Shown: in pieces, positions 59,101-59,336 of the stretch | Position numbering within the stretch: the stretch's first letter is position 1 | Layout of the letters: each line of letters starts with the position of its first letter | Origin: a virus | Lineage: Duplodnaviria > Caudoviricetes | DNA length: 59,336 nt | Strand: one strand, 5' to 3' | Virus record (IMG/VR): IMGVR_UViG_3300042507_008591 | Coordinates: 1 to 59,336 of that record | The notes under the pieces: model-generated | Seen by the model: only the letters and a program-made list of their open reading frames with translations | What the model was told of the DNA's origin: nothing | Databases searched by the model: none | Program-made: the position numbers and the translations under genes

Positions 59101-59336
59101 ACCTTGAGCACCCTGAGCGTCACTGAGGGCACCTTGAGCTCCTGTATCACCTTGTGCACCTTGGGCACCTTTTCCTCCTGAGGTAGCACCTTGAGCACCT
59201 TGAGAGCCAATTCTTCCTCCTGTACCAGCAGCTCCTTGAGCACCTTGAGAACCCACAGCTCCTTGTGAACCTTGGCTTCCGACAGCACCTGTGCCACCTT
59301 GAGCTCCTTGAGCACCTTGTGAACCGATAAAACCGG
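56155..59336 (-). CDS. Collagen-like fibre protein with peptidase S74 chaperone, partial (start beyond window)
   Basis: Gly-X-Y frame stays open to the window end; SDIRLKTNI...GVRFQWK...LGFIAQEVE. Confidence 0.9.
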   Translation of the reverse strand, partial: GFIGSQGAQGAQGGTGAVGSQGSQGAVGSQGAQGAAGTGGRIGSQGAQGATSGGKGAQGAQGDTGAQGALSDAQGAQGAQGAQGAQGSQGAQGAVQGNTGGQGAQGAQGSQGAQGAVQGNTGGQGAQGAQGSQGAQGATQGSQGATGGQGAQGPQGAEASLFNDGAKGAQGAIGSQGATGAQGSPQGAQGATGGTGPQGSVGAQGSPQGAQGATGGKGGTGSAGAQGATQGNTGGQGAQGAQGSQGAQGAVQGNTGGQGAQGAQGSQGAQGAVQGHTGGQGAQGAQGSQGAQGATQGAQGATGGQGAQGPQGAEASLFNDGAKGAQGATGSQGATGAQGATQGAQGATGGQGATGSQGAQGGVQGATGGTGAQGAQGATGAQGGVQGATGGQGAQGAQGATGAQGAVQGHTGGQGAQGAQGSQGAQGAVQGHTGGQGAQGAQGSQGAQGATSGAQGATGGQGSQGPQGASASVLDSGAKGGTGATGTQGSTGAQGAPQGAQGATGGKGGTGSAGATGSVQGATGGQGAQGAQGAQGATGSVQGNTGGQGAQGAQGAQGATGSVQGATGGQGAQGSQGATGAQGGPQGAQGATAGQGAQGVTGAQGGPQGAQGNLGGQGAQGAQGATGGPQGAQGFANQDLAPQGAQGAQGAPQGAQGATGPTGNTGGQGAQSATQGAPGPTGAQGATGPTGADNFLANGAKGAQGGIGPQGAQGAASATQGATGANGIGGATGPTGAQGGPQGAQGNGGSTGAQGPQGGQGLFQGAQGAQGPGGPTGGQGAQGGTQGATGSGGPQGAQGPAGPISDLSGAAGATGATGPGGATGPANVTLAPQGAQGGAGSTGAKGPSGNPGAQGAQGGQGFQGAKGGVTGAQGPKGPQGPTGPATGPTGAQGAPGTAGATGPQGAQGAPGNFGPLGPTGPQGAKGATGSQGAQGATGAQGPQGPPSDIRLKTNIQPLEDSTKKLLGLKGVRFQWKSDIPHLKEYGKSHDYLIKNKSLGFIAQEVENIFPEIIGQDKYGYKDLYIDVLTAVGLASIKENQHRIIIINNKLSPLKNLMNG

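Noticed and set aside
53114-59315. Many long alternative-frame and antisense ORFs (LKVLKE..., SLSTL..., LEHL...)
   Set aside because: Shadows of the Gly-X-Y codon repeats; no independent signals.
52866-59336. Tandem DNA repeats as a possible CRISPR array or satellite
   Set aside because: 9-bp coding periodicity with synonymous variation and no repeat-spacer structure; no CRISPR array seen anywhere in the window.
1-59336. Stop-codon recoding as seen in some large phages
   Set aside because: Recognisable proteins are full length in code 11, and TAG and TGA end genes at expected C-termini (e.g. 21278, 26020, 2739).
1-59336. Bacterial chromosome or eukaryotic giant virus origin
   Set aside because: Orphan-rich layout, S74 fibres, Rnl1 and DUF3310 favour a phage; T9SS signals, the TonB receptor and TAnnTTTG promoters argue against a eukaryotic host. 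Not formally excluded without hallmark genes.

Overview
This window looks like 59 kb of a large (jumbo-type) dsDNA phage that infects Bacteroidota. Support: gene-dense, mostly minus-strand ORFs in genetic code 11; many small orphan genes; two collagen-like fibre proteins with C-terminal peptidase S74 chaperone domains; T9SS-sorted proteins; Bacteroidota-type TAnnTTTG promoters. No capsid, terminase or replicative polymerase gene lies in the window, so the phage call is an inference. Contents: auxiliary metabolic genes (cysK, type II glutamine synthetase, glf, glycosyl/acyl/amino-transferases), umuDC-like genes, an RNA-repair trio (RNA ligase, phosphoesterase, kinase), two DNA methyltransferases and a tRNA-Met(CAT). 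Best leads: (1) a DIP1984-like gene followed by an unannotated ~186-nt RNA closed by a long terminal stem and carrying internal repeats, separated from the RNA-repair operon only by an RM-like cassette between 28-bp direct repeats; (2) a ~740-nt GOLLD-like structured RNA behind the tRNA, in an rRNA-operon-like unit with boxA-like motifs; (3) an 8-gene surface-assembly operon (cohesin/dockerin T9SS cargo, CsgG-like proteins, N/Q/S/G-rich barrel, secreted nuclease) plus a candidate antisense sRNA to its first start codon; (4) a TonB receptor/lipoprotein pair behind four exactly 11-bp-spaced Pho-box-like repeats; (5) a UmuD lacking its catalytic dyad; (6) two promoter classes, one apparently giving leaderless mRNAs. 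All family calls come from reading motifs by eye, with no database search.
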